A DNA stretch of 64,000 nt from an uncultured delta proteobacterium (GTDB taxonomy: Bacteria; Myxococcota; Myxococcia; Myxococcales; Anaeromyxobacteraceae): assembly GCA_963828255.1 (NCBI GenBank), contig CAWHDZ010000031.1:82659-146658 (forward strand). The letters run 5' to 3'. This document shows, in pieces, positions 12,834 to 24,400 of this stretch (the first letter of the stretch is position 1; every line of letters starts with the position of its first letter). Below the pieces are notes generated by a model, which saw only the letters and a program-made list of their open reading frames with translations, searched no databases and was not told the origin of the DNA. The position numbers and the translations under genes are program-made.

Positions 12834-12901
12834 TCGGTCGGACGGACTCCCCGTGGGGGCGGCGGCTCGACCCGGGCCGCGCGTCCGGGTACAGTCCAAG
12901 C

Positions 12902-13849
12902 GTGGCGAATCCACAGAGAAAGCGCCTCGGCGAGATCCTGCTCGAAGCCGGGACCATCGACGGCACGCAGCTCCAGGCGGCCCTCGGCCACCAGCGCCGG
13001 TGGGGTGGAAGGCTCGGCCAGGCGCTCATCGACCTCAAGATGGCCAGCGAGGAGCAGATCGTCTCCACGCTGGCCGCCAAGATGGGGTTCGAGCGGGCCC
13101 CGGTCGAGTCGATCGAGTTCGGCCCCGGGCTCGAGCTGGCGCTGCGCCTCGTGCCCCACGAGTTCGCCGAGCGCAACCAGCTCCTCCCCTTCGCAGCCGA
13201 CGCGGCGAGCCTGTGGGTCGCCATGGCCGACCCCACCAACATGGGGGTCATCGACGAGCTGGCCTTCCGCACCGGCCGCAACGTCAAGCTCTCCATCGCC
13301 GGCGACCGCGAGATCGCGCGCGCCATCCGCCGCCTCTACCTGGGCGACAAGAGGGGCGTGGAGGCCATCGCGCTCGACGAGCTGGACGACGGACCGGTGG
13401 AGATGGTCGGGCCGCTCGACCCGGGGTACACGCAGGGTCTAGACGACTACTTCACCCGGAGGCCTGCACCCGGGGCGCTCCCCGCCATGCCTCCCCGTCC
13501 CGAGCCCCCCGCCACCGGCCCGGAGGCGCGCCTCGCCGCCGCGGTCCGCGGGCTGCGGGGCGAGGAGGAGATCCCGCCGCCGGTCCGCACCGCGCTGCCC
13601 GCTGATCCCCCGGAGCTCATCGTCGAGGTGACGCCCGAGGACGAAGGCGACGGCGATTTCGCGCCGCGGGTCGAGGCCATCCTCGACGGACTGGAGCGCA
13701 TCGGCAACGACACCACCACGCCGGAGCTGGCCCGCCTGTCCCGCTTCTCCGCGGCGCTGGTCCGGATCCTGGTGAAGAAGAGGCTGGTGACCGAGGACGA
13801 GCTCGCGAACGCCTTCATGAAGGCGGAGCGCCGCGCCAAGCAGCGATAG
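12902..13849 (+). CDS. MshEN/GspE N-terminal domain protein (likely c-di-GMP binding), without ATPase domain
   Basis: RLGEILLEAGTIDGTQLQAALGHQ...GGRLGQAL and VAMADP. No Walker A motif. Confidence 0.85.
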   Translation: MANPQRKRLGEILLEAGTIDGTQLQAALGHQRRWGGRLGQALIDLKMASEEQIVSTLAAKMGFERAPVESIEFGPGLELALRLVPHEFAERNQLLPFAADAASLWVAMADPTNMGVIDELAFRTGRNVKLSIAGDREIARAIRRLYLGDKRGVEAIALDELDDGPVEMVGPLDPGYTQGLDDYFTRRPAPGALPAMPPRPEPPATGPEARLAAAVRGLRGEEEIPPPVRTALPADPPELIVEVTPEDEGDGDFAPRVEAILDGLERIGNDTTTPELARLSRFSAALVRILVKKRLVTEDELANAFMKAERRAKQR

Positions 13850-13909
13850 GGCGTCTCTCGCAGGCGGGAATGCTTCGCCGCAGTAGGCTGCGGGGTTGTG
13901 GGATGCGCT

Positions 13910-14293
13910 TTAGTTGAGCGCGGCCGGCACGGCCAGCGCGAAGGGCGCGATCTCCGCCTCGAAGGTGTTCCCGTCCTCGCGCGCCATCGTGTAGGTCCCG
14001 CGCATCTGGCCGAGCGGCGTGCGCAGGATGCAGAAGCTCGTGTACTGGAAGGACTGGCCGGGCGCGAGGTCCGGCTGCTGGCCGACCACGCCGTCGCCAC
14101 GCACCTCCTCCCGTTCGCCGCGGGCGTCGGTGATGATCCAGTGTCGGGAGACGAGTCGGGCGCTCGACGGGCCGCCGTTCAGGATGCGGACGGTGTAGGT
14201 GAAGAGGAAGCGCGACTGGGCCGGGAAGGACCGGTCGGGCCGGAACTCGCTCTGCACGGAGACCTCGATGCCGTCGGTGGTTGCGCGGGACAC
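13910..14293 (-). CDS. apaG: ApaG protein
   Basis: RLVSRHWIITDA, VRGDGVVGQQP and FQYTSFCILRTPLGQMRGTY. Confidence 0.95.
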   Translation of the reverse strand: MSRATTDGIEVSVQSEFRPDRSFPAQSRFLFTYTVRILNGGPSSARLVSRHWIITDARGEREEVRGDGVVGQQPDLAPGQSFQYTSFCILRTPLGQMRGTYTMAREDGNTFEAEIAPFALAVPAALN

Positions 14294-14338
14294 GGGAGAG
14301 GGTTAACCGCCGGAGGGGGCGCGTGCCACAATGGCCGG

Positions 14339-15163
14339 ATGGCACTCGAGCCCCGTCTGCGGGAGATCCTGGACGAGGTGCGGGGCTCCGGAGGGCGCGT
14401 GGTGGCGCTCACCGGCGCCGGCATCTCCGCCGAGAGCGGCATCCCCACCTTCCGCGGCAAGGAAGGGTACTGGGTGGTCGGTTCCCGGAACCACATGCCG
14501 CAGGAGATGGCCACCCACGCCATGTTCCTGATGGAGCCCGGGGAGGTGTGGCGCTGGTACCTCTACCGGTTCGGGGTGGTCCGCCACGCCGCTCCCAACG
14601 CCGGCCACGAGGCGCTGGTCCGTCTCGAGCGCGCGCTGGGCGACCGCTTCACGCTGGTCACCCAGAACATCGACGGCCTGCACCGGCGCGCCGGGGCCTC
14701 GGAGTCGCGGACCTACTGCATCCACGGCGACGCGGCCTGGGTGCGCTGCAGCAACGACTGCGGCGTGGGGCTGCTCCCGCTCCCCGACCTGGGACCGCGC
14801 GACGCCGGGACCCCGCTCTCCGCCGGGGACCGCGCCCGGCTCACCTGCGCCCGGTGCAGGGGCTGGCTCCGCCCCCACGTCCTCTGGTTCGACGAGTGCT
14901 ACGACGAGGAGAACTACCGCTTCGAGTCCACGCTGCGGGCCGCCGCCGAGGCCGACCTGCTGCTCGTGGTGGGGACGAGCGGCGCCACCAACCTGCCCAT
15001 GCGGGTGGGGCAGCTCTGCTTCTCCGGCGGTTCGGCGCTGGTGGACGTGAACCCCGAGGAGAACCCGTTCTCCGAGCTGGCGGAGCGCAGCGCACGCGGG
15101 TTCTTCGCCCGGGGCTCGGCCAGCGCCCGGCTGCCCGGGATCGTGGAAGCCCTGGCGGGTTAG
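14339..15163 (+). CDS. Sir2-family NAD-dependent protein deacylase (CobB-like)
   Basis: LTGAGISAESGIPTFRG, VTQNIDGLH, IHG, zinc Cys pairs, LRPHVLWFDE and VGTS. Confidence 0.93.
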   Translation: MALEPRLREILDEVRGSGGRVVALTGAGISAESGIPTFRGKEGYWVVGSRNHMPQEMATHAMFLMEPGEVWRWYLYRFGVVRHAAPNAGHEALVRLERALGDRFTLVTQNIDGLHRRAGASESRTYCIHGDAAWVRCSNDCGVGLLPLPDLGPRDAGTPLSAGDRARLTCARCRGWLRPHVLWFDECYDEENYRFESTLRAAAEADLLLVVGTSGATNLPMRVGQLCFSGGSALVDVNPEENPFSELAERSARGFFARGSASARLPGIVEALAG

Positions 15164-15178
15164 GGTCCGCCCGGCCGG

Positions 15179-15703
15179 TCAGCGACGCAGCGCCTCGAGC
15201 CGGGCGATCCAGGCCGGCGAGAGCCCGCAGGCACGGGCGCCGCGGATCATCACGTCGAGGTAGGCCGGGGACGGGGGACCGTCCCCGGCGAGCCGGCGCG
15301 CCGCCGCCACCCGGAAGGCCAGCGCCGGGGCCGGGCCGCCGGCGGTCTCGAGGGTCACGGCCACGGCCTCGTAGAGCCCGGACACCGCACCCTCCTTGTG
15401 ATCCACCAGGCCGCGGGCCTCCCCGGGCATGGGCGCCGCGAGCCCCTCCACCTCGTCCGCCGGCGCCTCGGTGAGGCTCGCCACCGGGCCGCCCCACATC
15501 CGGCTGGGGGCGTCGAAGGTGAGGCGCCAGCCGGGGAGCCGCGCCGGCCGGGCCGCCGAGAAGTCGGGGACGCGGTAGCCGTGGTCGCGCGCCCAGCCGG
15601 CGAAGGCCTCGGCGTCGAGCGAGGAGCCGTAGACGAACCACGTGAATCCGGGGCCTGCCCCGGCCTGGTGGGCCCGGCCGACGACGTTCAGGGGATTGGA
15701 CAT
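15179..15703 (-). CDS. Gamma-glutamylcyclotransferase family protein
   Basis: FVYGSSL, LPGWRLTF, VDHKEG and PSPAYLDVMIRGA. Confidence 0.85.
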   Translation of the reverse strand: MSNPLNVVGRAHQAGAGPGFTWFVYGSSLDAEAFAGWARDHGYRVPDFSAARPARLPGWRLTFDAPSRMWGGPVASLTEAPADEVEGLAAPMPGEARGLVDHKEGAVSGLYEAVAVTLETAGGPAPALAFRVAAARRLAGDGPPSPAYLDVMIRGARACGLSPAWIARLEALRR

Positions 15704-15728
15704 GCGGGCTCCGGCGCCGCGGCGGCGC

Positions 15729-16928
<1,200 letters not shown>

Positions 16929-16950
16929 GGAGGAGAGCTAACCGGGAAGA

Positions 16951-16985
16951 CCCCCCTCCGCCACGTGGGGCATGGCGGAAGGGGG
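16951..16985. terminator. GC-rich intergenic hairpin, possible terminator
   Basis: CCCCCCTCCGCCA...TGGCGGAAGGGGG inverted repeat downstream of the 17007..17417 gene. No clear U-tract. Confidence 0.35.
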
Positions 16986-17006
16986 CAGCGGCCGGGGGGA
17001 GCCGCT

Positions 17007-17417
17007 TCAGTCGTCGTGGCCGCGGCCCCAGCCGTTCCCGTAGCCATGCCCGCGCCCGTTCCCGTCGCGGCGGGCCCAGGCGACGGGGCCGCGGGGGGCG
17101 TACCGGGCGTCCAGCCCGGCCCGGTAGGCGCCGTACCAGGCGTCGTAGCGGGCCACCCGCCAGGGGTTCCAGCCCCAGCGGGCCAGGTAGGCGGCGCGGT
17201 TCGCGTCGAGCCACCGGTAGTGCACGGCGGGTGAGGGTCCGCCCCATGCCCTGGGCGGGGGCAGCACGGCGGCCACCCAGGGCGGCGGGAGCGGCGGGAG
17301 CGCCACCGAGACCGCGAAGCCCGGGGCAGGAGCGCGGTCGTGGGCGGAGGCGGGACGGGGAGCGGCGGCGGCGAGGGCGACGAGGACGGCGGCGAAGGCG
17401 ACGGGACGGTGGCTCAT
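17007..17417 (-). CDS. Secreted hypothetical protein rich in Pro, Trp, Arg and Gly
   Basis: SD GGAGG before ATG 17417. Signal peptide ends ASA, and the C-terminus reads GRGHGYGNGWGRGHDD. Confidence 0.7.
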   Translation of the reverse strand: MSHRPVAFAAVLVALAAAAPRPASAHDRAPAPGFAVSVALPPLPPPWVAAVLPPPRAWGGPSPAVHYRWLDANRAAYLARWGWNPWRVARYDAWYGAYRAGLDARYAPRGPVAWARRDGNGRGHGYGNGWGRGHDD

Positions 17418-17483
17418 GGATTCCTCCGGTCTGGTCTCTGGAGGAAGGACGGGGCGGGGAGCCCCGGAATTCACGGTGGGTCG

Positions 17484-17819
17484 TCAGGAGGGCAACGGCC
17501 CCGGGATCCGGTCGATCTTCGCCGCCAGGATGAAGTCGTTCTCGGTGAGCCCGCCCACGGCGTGGGTCCAGATCTCCACGTCCACCGTGGAATAGTGGAC
17601 CGAGAAGTCGGGGTGGTGTCCCTCCGCCTCGGCGACGTCGGCCACCGCGTTCAGGAAGGCCATGGCGGCGCGGAAATCGCGGAACCGCAGCTGCTTGCGG
17701 ATGCGGTCGCCGGCCAGGCCCCAGCCCTGCACGGAGGCGAGGAGCGTCTCGAGCGCGGCGCCCTCCACGCGCGGGACGCCGCCCTCGCAGGGGACGCACT
17801 TCTTCCGGGAGAGGTCCAT
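17484..17819 (-). CDS. Pterin-4-alpha-carbinolamine dehydratase
   Basis: KKCVPCEGG, AEAEGHHPD and WTHAVGGLTENDFILAAKID. Confidence 0.93.
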   Translation of the reverse strand: MDLSRKKCVPCEGGVPRVEGAALETLLASVQGWGLAGDRIRKQLRFRDFRAAMAFLNAVADVAEAEGHHPDFSVHYSTVDVEIWTHAVGGLTENDFILAAKIDRIPGPLPS

Positions 17820-17880
17820 GGCGAACCGATAACCCGGGGCGCGGCGCTGCGCCGCCCCGCCCGCTAGATCCCCGACCACC

Positions 17881-18249
17881 ATGGAAAGAACCTTTTTCGC
17901 GCTGGGAGCGATCTCGGCCTGCATCGCGGTGGGGACCGGCGCCTTCGGGGCCCACGGGCTGAAGACGCGGGTCACGCCGGAGATGGTCGCGGTCTTCGAC
18001 ACCGGCGCGCGCTACCAGATGTACCACGCGCTGGCGCTCATCGCGGCCGCATGGGCCGCCGCGCGCTGGCCCGGACCGGCAGTCACATGGGCCGGATGGC
18101 TCTTCGTGGCCGGCACGGTGATCTTCTCGGGGAGCCTCTACGCGCTCGTGCTCACCGGGGTGAAGGGGCTGGGGGCGGTCACGCCGGTGGGCGGGTTGCT
18201 CTTCCTGGCCGGCTGGCTCGCGCTGGCCTGGGGCGCGCTGCGCGCCTGA
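17881..18249 (+). CDS. DUF423 (YgdD/TMEM256) membrane protein
   Basis: GAFGAHGL, YQMYHALAL, IFSGSLY and LGAVTPVGG. Confidence 0.93.
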   Translation: MERTFFALGAISACIAVGTGAFGAHGLKTRVTPEMVAVFDTGARYQMYHALALIAAAWAAARWPGPAVTWAGWLFVAGTVIFSGSLYALVLTGVKGLGAVTPVGGLLFLAGWLALAWGALRA

Positions 18250-18264
18250 GGCGGGCCGGGGCGG

Positions 18265-18588
18265 CTAGCCTCGCTCGATGGGCAACCCGGCGTCGGCCCA
18301 CGCCACCACGCCGCCGTCGAGGCTGTAGGCCTTCTCGCACCCGCGCTGCGACGCCGCGGCGGCCGCGGTGAGGCTGCGGATGCCGTGGGCGCAGACGAAG
18401 ATGGCCCGCTCTCGCCCGCTGCGCAGCCCGCGCTGCGGGTCGCGCAGGAGCGATCCCAGCGGCAGGTGTCGCGCGCCCGGGATGTGGCCCGAGTCCCATT
18501 CGTGCGGCTCCCGCACGTCCACCAGGTCCACGTCGTCGTGCGCGAGGAGGTGGACCGCCTCCTCGGGGGTGATGCGGTGTACCGGCAT
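18265..18588 (-). CDS. Single-domain rhodanese
   Basis: LVDVREPHEWDSGHIPGA, active-site CAHGIRS and SLDGGVVAW. Confidence 0.9.
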   Translation of the reverse strand: MPVHRITPEEAVHLLAHDDVDLVDVREPHEWDSGHIPGARHLPLGSLLRDPQRGLRSGRERAIFVCAHGIRSLTAAAAASQRGCEKAYSLDGGVVAWADAGLPIERG

Positions 18589-18672
18589 GTGGGTGGATGC
18601 ATAATCGGCCCCGCGCGCCTCCTCCCGCGAATCTGCGTGGGACGTCCTTCCGGGCTAGACTGTGCCCCGCCC

Positions 18673-20058
18673 ATGAGCCGACCGCCGCAGGACCGCTTCC
18701 CACCGCAGATCCGGTACCTGGCCTGGAACGAGGGATGCGAGCGCTTCTCGTTCTACGGGATGACCTCGATCCTCACCATCTACATGGTGCAGTTCCTGGG
18801 AGTCCGCGAACCGGACGCCGAGGCCAACTACCACTTCTTCGTCTTCGCCGTGTACCTGACCCCGCTCGTGGGGGCCTGGATCGCCGACCGCTTCCTGGGG
18901 CGCTACCGGGTCATCCTCTGGCTGTCGCTGGGCTACGTCTTCGGCCACGCCGCCATCGCCATCTGGGACTCGCCGGCCGGGCTCGTGCTCGGCCTCGCGC
19001 TCATCGCCATCGGCGCCGGCGGGATCAAGCCCACCGCGGCGGCCTACGTGGGCGACCAGTTCGACGCCCGGAGCCAGCACCTGCTCGAGAAGGTCTACGA
19101 CCTCTACTACTGGATGATCAACCTGGGGTCGTTCACCGCGATGCTGGTCATCCCCGAGCTGCTGGCCCGCTTCGGCCCCTGGGTGGCCTTCTCGGTCCCG
19201 GGCGTGCTCATGGCCTTCGCGCTCGTCATCTTCTGGCGCGGCCGCAGGCTGTACGTGAACGTCCCGCCCACCGGCCCCAACCCGAACGGCTTCTTCCGGG
19301 TGGTGAGGCTGGCCCTCCAGAAGCTCGGGACCACGCGCCCCGGCGAGCACTGGCTCGACCCCGCCCGCGCCCAGTTCCCCGCCGAGGCGGTGGACGGGGC
19401 CAAGGCGGTCTTCCGCATCGTGGGGGTCTTCGCCCCCATCGCCGCCTTCTGGGCCCTCTTCTTCCAGTACGGGTCGTCCTGGGTGCTCCAGGCCGAGCGC
19501 ATGAACCGGGAGGTCCTCGGCTACACCGTGAAGGCCTCGCAGATGGGCTCGCTGAACGCCATCTTCGTGCTCACCACCATCCCCGTCTTCGCCGGCCTGG
19601 TCTACCCGGCCCTCCAGCGACGGGGAGTGAAGACGCTGGCGCTCCAGAAGATGCAGATCGGGATGTTCGTCACCGTGCTCTCGTTCCTGTGGATCATGGG
19701 GGTGCAGCTGGCGCTCGACGCGGGGCTGCGGCCCCACGTGGCCTGGCAGGTCCCCGCCTACCTGTTCCTCTCCATCGGCGAGGTGCTGGTGTCGGTGACC
19801 GCGCTGGAGTTCGCCTACACCCAGGCGCCCCCGTCGATGAAGAGCGTGATCATGAGCCTCTGGTACGTGACCATCGCCGCGGGGAGCCTCCTCACCGCCG
19901 GGGTGGCCAAGCTGAACCGCTTCCACGGGGTCTGGTACTTCGCCTTCTTCGCGGTGCTCATGCTCCTCGGCGCCATGGCCTTCGCCTGGGTGGCGCGGCG
20001 CTACCAGCCCACCTCGTTCGCGGTCGCCCCCGGCCCGGCGCCCGAGGGCTCGCCGTGA
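18673..20058 (+). CDS. POT/PTR-family proton-dependent oligopeptide transporter (copy 1)
   Basis: EGCERFSFYGM, GAGGIKP...GDQF, YYWMINLGS and LEFAYTQAP. Confidence 0.92.
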   Translation: MSRPPQDRFPPQIRYLAWNEGCERFSFYGMTSILTIYMVQFLGVREPDAEANYHFFVFAVYLTPLVGAWIADRFLGRYRVILWLSLGYVFGHAAIAIWDSPAGLVLGLALIAIGAGGIKPTAAAYVGDQFDARSQHLLEKVYDLYYWMINLGSFTAMLVIPELLARFGPWVAFSVPGVLMAFALVIFWRGRRLYVNVPPTGPNPNGFFRVVRLALQKLGTTRPGEHWLDPARAQFPAEAVDGAKAVFRIVGVFAPIAAFWALFFQYGSSWVLQAERMNREVLGYTVKASQMGSLNAIFVLTTIPVFAGLVYPALQRRGVKTLALQKMQIGMFVTVLSFLWIMGVQLALDAGLRPHVAWQVPAYLFLSIGEVLVSVTALEFAYTQAPPSMKSVIMSLWYVTIAAGSLLTAGVAKLNRFHGVWYFAFFAVLMLLGAMAFAWVARRYQPTSFAVAPGPAPEGSP

Positions 20059-21455
20059 GCGCTGCGGCCGCACCGGCCGCGCGCGACCGGTTCCCGCCGC
20101 AGGTCCGCTGGATCATGGCCTCCGAGGGGGCCGAGCGCTTCTCGTTCTACGGGATGCGCAACGTCCTCGTCATCTACATGGTCCAGTTCCTGCTGGTCTC
20201 GGCCGCCGATGCCAAGGCCAGCTACCACTACTTCGTGATGGCGAACTACCTCATGCCGCTCGTGGGCGGGTGGCTCGCCGACCGCTTTCTCGGGCGCTAC
20301 CGGGTCATCCTCTTCCTCTCCTTCGGTTACGTGATCGGGCACGCGGTGGTGGCCGCGGTGGAGACGCGGATGGGGCTCCTCGCCGGCTGCGCCCTCATCG
20401 CCATCGGGGCGGGCGGCATCAAGCCCTGCGTATCGGCCTACGTGGGCGACCAGTTCGCCGCCGACCAGAAGCACCTGCTCGCCAAGGTCTACGGCCTTTT
20501 CTACTGGATGGTGAACCTGGGGAGCGTGACGGCGTCGCTGCTCATCCCCTGGCTCCTCAAGGCGTACGGTCCCGCCGTCGCATTCGGCGTGCCCGGAGTG
20601 CTCATGGCGCTGGCGCTCGTCTTCTTCGTGGCCGGGAGGCGCCAGTACGTGAACGTGCCCCCCACCGGCCCCAATCCGCACTCGTTCGTGAAGGTCGTGG
20701 CCACCGCCCTGGCCCGCCGCGGCGCGCGCGCGCCCGGTGACGACTGGCTGGAGCCCGCGCGGGCGGTGCACCCGGCCGAGGCGGTGGACGGGGCCCGCGC
20801 CGTGGTCCGCATCTCCGGGGTCTTCGTGATGGTGGCCGGCTTCTGGGCGCTCTTCGACCAGAAGGGGGCGGCCTTCATCCTGCAGGCGAAGCAGATGAAC
20901 CTCGACGTGGGGACCTTCGACCTCCTGGGGATGAGGCTGGGCGGGTTCCGGCTGGCCGAGTCGCAGATGAACGCGGTGAACCCGTTCCTGGTGCTGATGA
21001 TCATCCCGCTCTTCCAGGGAGTGGTCTACCCAGGGCTCGTTCGACTGGGCGTGAAGGTGACGCCGCTCGGCCGGATGAGCGTGGGGATGTTCCTCACCAT
21101 GCTCTCCTTCGTCATCATGGCCGGCATCCAGGCCGTCATCGACGGCGGGGCCCGGCCCCACGTCTTCTGGCAGGTCATCCCCATCCTGGTCATCACCATG
21201 GGCGAGGTCATGGTGTCGGTCACCGGCCTCGAGTTCGCCTTCACCCAGGCCCCGAAGACCATGAAGAGCACGGTGATGAGCTTCTGGCTGCTCACCTCCG
21301 CGGTGGGGAACTTCATCGCCGCCGTGGTCTCCCAGTGGAACCGATTCCACGGCGCCGCCTACTTCCTCTTCTTCGCGGCGCTCATGCTGGTCGCGTCGGT
21401 GGCGTTCGTGATCCTGGCCAGGCGCTACCGGCCCGTCCAGTCCGTGTCCGGGTAG
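20055..21455 (+). CDS. POT/PTR-family proton-dependent oligopeptide transporter (copy 2)
   Basis: GTG overlaps the copy-1 TGA. EGAERFSFYGM, GAGGIKP, FYWMVNLGS and LEFAFTQAP. Confidence 0.92.
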   Translation: MSAAAAPAARDRFPPQVRWIMASEGAERFSFYGMRNVLVIYMVQFLLVSAADAKASYHYFVMANYLMPLVGGWLADRFLGRYRVILFLSFGYVIGHAVVAAVETRMGLLAGCALIAIGAGGIKPCVSAYVGDQFAADQKHLLAKVYGLFYWMVNLGSVTASLLIPWLLKAYGPAVAFGVPGVLMALALVFFVAGRRQYVNVPPTGPNPHSFVKVVATALARRGARAPGDDWLEPARAVHPAEAVDGARAVVRISGVFVMVAGFWALFDQKGAAFILQAKQMNLDVGTFDLLGMRLGGFRLAESQMNAVNPFLVLMIIPLFQGVVYPGLVRLGVKVTPLGRMSVGMFLTMLSFVIMAGIQAVIDGGARPHVFWQVIPILVITMGEVMVSVTGLEFAFTQAPKTMKSTVMSFWLLTSAVGNFIAAVVSQWNRFHGAAYFLFFAALMLVASVAFVILARRYRPVQSVSG

Positions 21456-21474
21456 CGCGGCCGCCATCCCCACG

Positions 21475-24400
21475 TCACCCGCCGTGAATGGCGGGGGCTG
21501 CCTCCACCGGCACCGGGATCCCGTCCACGTACGCCACCCGCGCGCCGAGCGTGGCCGGCACCCTCGCCCCCGGCAGGATCCCGCCCACCAGGTTGAGCGG
21601 GTCGGCCCCGGAGAGCTCCACCCGCTCGCCGCCACCGGGCGTGCGCCGCACCGCGCGCAGCGACTCGACCGCCGCGGGCAGCGCGTACTGCTCCCCCGAG
21701 AGCCCGGCCACGAAGCGCCCGCCGCGGATCTCACCGCGCGCCTCCAGCGCCCGGTAGACGGGGAGGAGCTCCCGCCACGGCGGAGCCAGCGGTTCGCGCC
21801 CGAGGAGGTCGCGGAAGACCACGCCCCACCGGGCCAGGAGCTGACGGGCCACCGGCTCGAGATGGGACGGCTCCGTTGCGCCCTCGGGGCGCGGGGGGCG
21901 CAGGAGCGCCCATCGGCCGCCGCCCTGTCCCGGGCGCCGGGGCCGGTGGCGCGGCGGAGGGTCGAGGAGCCCGCGCAGGCCGGCGAAGCCGTCGCAGGTG
22001 ACGAGCCCGGCGGAGACCAGTTCCCAGAGCGCGCCCTCCGCCTCGCCGGGAAGCCTCCCGGTCATGGCGGCGATGTCGGGGAGGAAGCAGGCCCCGCATC
22101 GCGCCAGAAGATCTACGAGCGCGCGTGCCGAGGCGCCGAGCGGCGGCGGATCGCCCTTCGCCGCCGAGAGGAGCCAGGGAAGGTCGGCGCGCAGCGCCAG
22201 CGTCACCGGAGCGTGGCGGGTGGGCGCGGCCCGTCGGCGCACCTTCTCCTCCGGATCGGCGGTGACGGCGAGCCTTCCCCAGGCCACCTCCCCGGAGAGG
22301 CAGAGCGCGTCGAGGAGCCCCGGCTCGTAGCCGGCCACGCGCGAAGGCAGGATCTGCCGCTCCCAGGCCCCGGCCGCGGCGTGGAATCCCTGCAGCTGCC
22401 CCACCACGTCGGCGAGCCCGCGCGCGCCGTGGAGCCGCACCCCCGGCGCGGCATGCTGCCAGCGGAGCAGGAAGCGCACCAGGTCGGCGCCGGAGACCGG
22501 CTCGATCTCGCGCCGCAGCCGGCCCAGCGTGAGCCGGTGGATGCGGGCGAGCAGGCCCCGGTCGCACCAGTCTTCGCCAGGCTCGCCGCCGGGGAGGAAG
22601 GAGCCGCGGAGCACGACTCCCTCCGACTCGAGCCGGTGGAGCGCCGCGACGACCAGCGGCTTGGGCAGGCCGAGCCTCCCCGCCAGCGCCGGAGCGGTGA
22701 CCGGCCCGGCCCGCGCCAGGAAGCCGCGCAGCGCCCGCGCCGCCGCCTCGTCGGGGGAGGCGGGGACGTCCTCGCCGGCGAGCCCCGCGAGCGGAGGGTC
22801 GAGCGGCGAGGCGTCGATGCCCGGCTCGGCGCGGAGCACCCGCCAGGCCTGGGCCCGCTCGGCCGCCACCCAGGCTTCCCTTCCCCCGATCCGGGCGCGC
22901 GCGGCGCGGCCGGACGCCGCGAGCGCGTCGAGGAATCCCCGCCAGGGCTCCCCCTCCGCCGCCGGCAGGAAGCCCACGTCGAGGAGCAGGTCGTGCAGCT
23001 CGTCGGCGTCGCGCGGCTCGGGTCGCGCCTGATCGATCACCTCGCGGATCGCCTCCGGGTCGAGCGCGCCCATCCCCGTCGCCTCGGTGGCGGGCAGCGA
23101 GCGGCGCAGCACCACCGCGCGGGCCCTCCGCTCCTCGAGGGGCGCGTCGTCGAGGAAGGCCCAGGGCTTCGCCCCCAGGATCTCATGGGCGAACGGCGAG
23201 GGTTCGGCGAGGTCGCGGGCCACGAGACGGACCTCTCCCGCCTCGATCCTCCGCAGCAGGCGCTCGAGCCCCGGCGCGTCCATGGCCTCGGTCAGGCAGT
23301 CGCGGAGCGCCTCGGCCACGAGCGGGTGGTCGGGCGGCTCGATCGGCCCCGCGTGCTGGTCGGCGTTGTCCTGGCAGGCCACCGCCATGGGGAAGACCGC
23401 GGCGAGCAGGTCGTCCGCGCGCATTCGGGCGATGGGGGGCGGCACCTTGCGCCCGCCCAGCACGCGGGGCAGCGCCAGCGCCCGGGTGGCGTCCCAGCGC
23501 CAGCGGATGGGGAACATGGGGGACTGGAGCGCGGCCTGGGTGAGCACCTCCACGACCCGCTCCGACGAGAGCATCTCGAAGATCGAGGCCAGCGGGAAGG
23601 AGTGCTGTGGCCCGAGCGAGAGCAGCACCCCGTCGTCGTTGGCGGCGGCCTGCAGCTCGAAGTCGAAGGCCCGGCAGAAGCGCTTGCGGAGCGCCAGCCC
23701 CAGCGCCCGGTTCTGCCGGGCGCCGAACGGCGCGTGCAGGACGAGCTGCATCCCCCCTGCCTCGTCGAAGAAGCGCTCGGCGACCAGAGTCTCCTGGGTG
23801 GGGAGCACCGAGAGCACGCCGCGCCCGGCGGCGAGGTAGTCCACCGCCTGCCGCGCGCCGGCCTCCGGCATCGCCCCCTCGGCCACGAGCCACGCGATGG
23901 CCCCGTCCCGGTCGGCGAGGCGCGGCTCGATCTCCGCCCGCAGCCGCGACACCTCCGCCGACAGGGCCCCGCTCCGACCCGGTGCCTCGCCGTTCCAGAA
24001 GGGGATGCCCGGGGCCGCGCCGCCCGCGTCCTCGACCCGGACCACGCCGGACTCGATGCGCCGGATGCGCCAGGCGGTGTTGCCGAGCAGGAACACGTCG
24101 CCGGCCATGCTCTCGACGGCGTAGTCCTCGTCCAGCTGGCCGACCACCACGCCCTCGGGCTCGGCGACCACCTGGTACTGGGCGTTGTCGGGGATGGCGC
24201 CGCCGCCGGTGAGCGCGGCGATCCGCGCCCCGCGCCGGCCGCGGACGACGTGGTTCACCTGGTCCCGGTGGAGGAGCGCGCCCGAGCGCCCCCGGCGCGT
24301 GGCCACCCCCTCCGAGAGCATCCCCACGATGGCGTCGAACTCGGCACGGGGAAGATCGCGGTACGGCCAGGCACGGCGAAACAGCGCGAAGAGGTCGTCC

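Noticed and set aside
14339..15163. Sir2 gene as an anti-phage NADase (Thoeris/DSR type)
   Set aside because: It has the zinc-binding CobB-type deacylase architecture in a housekeeping context, with no defence partners.
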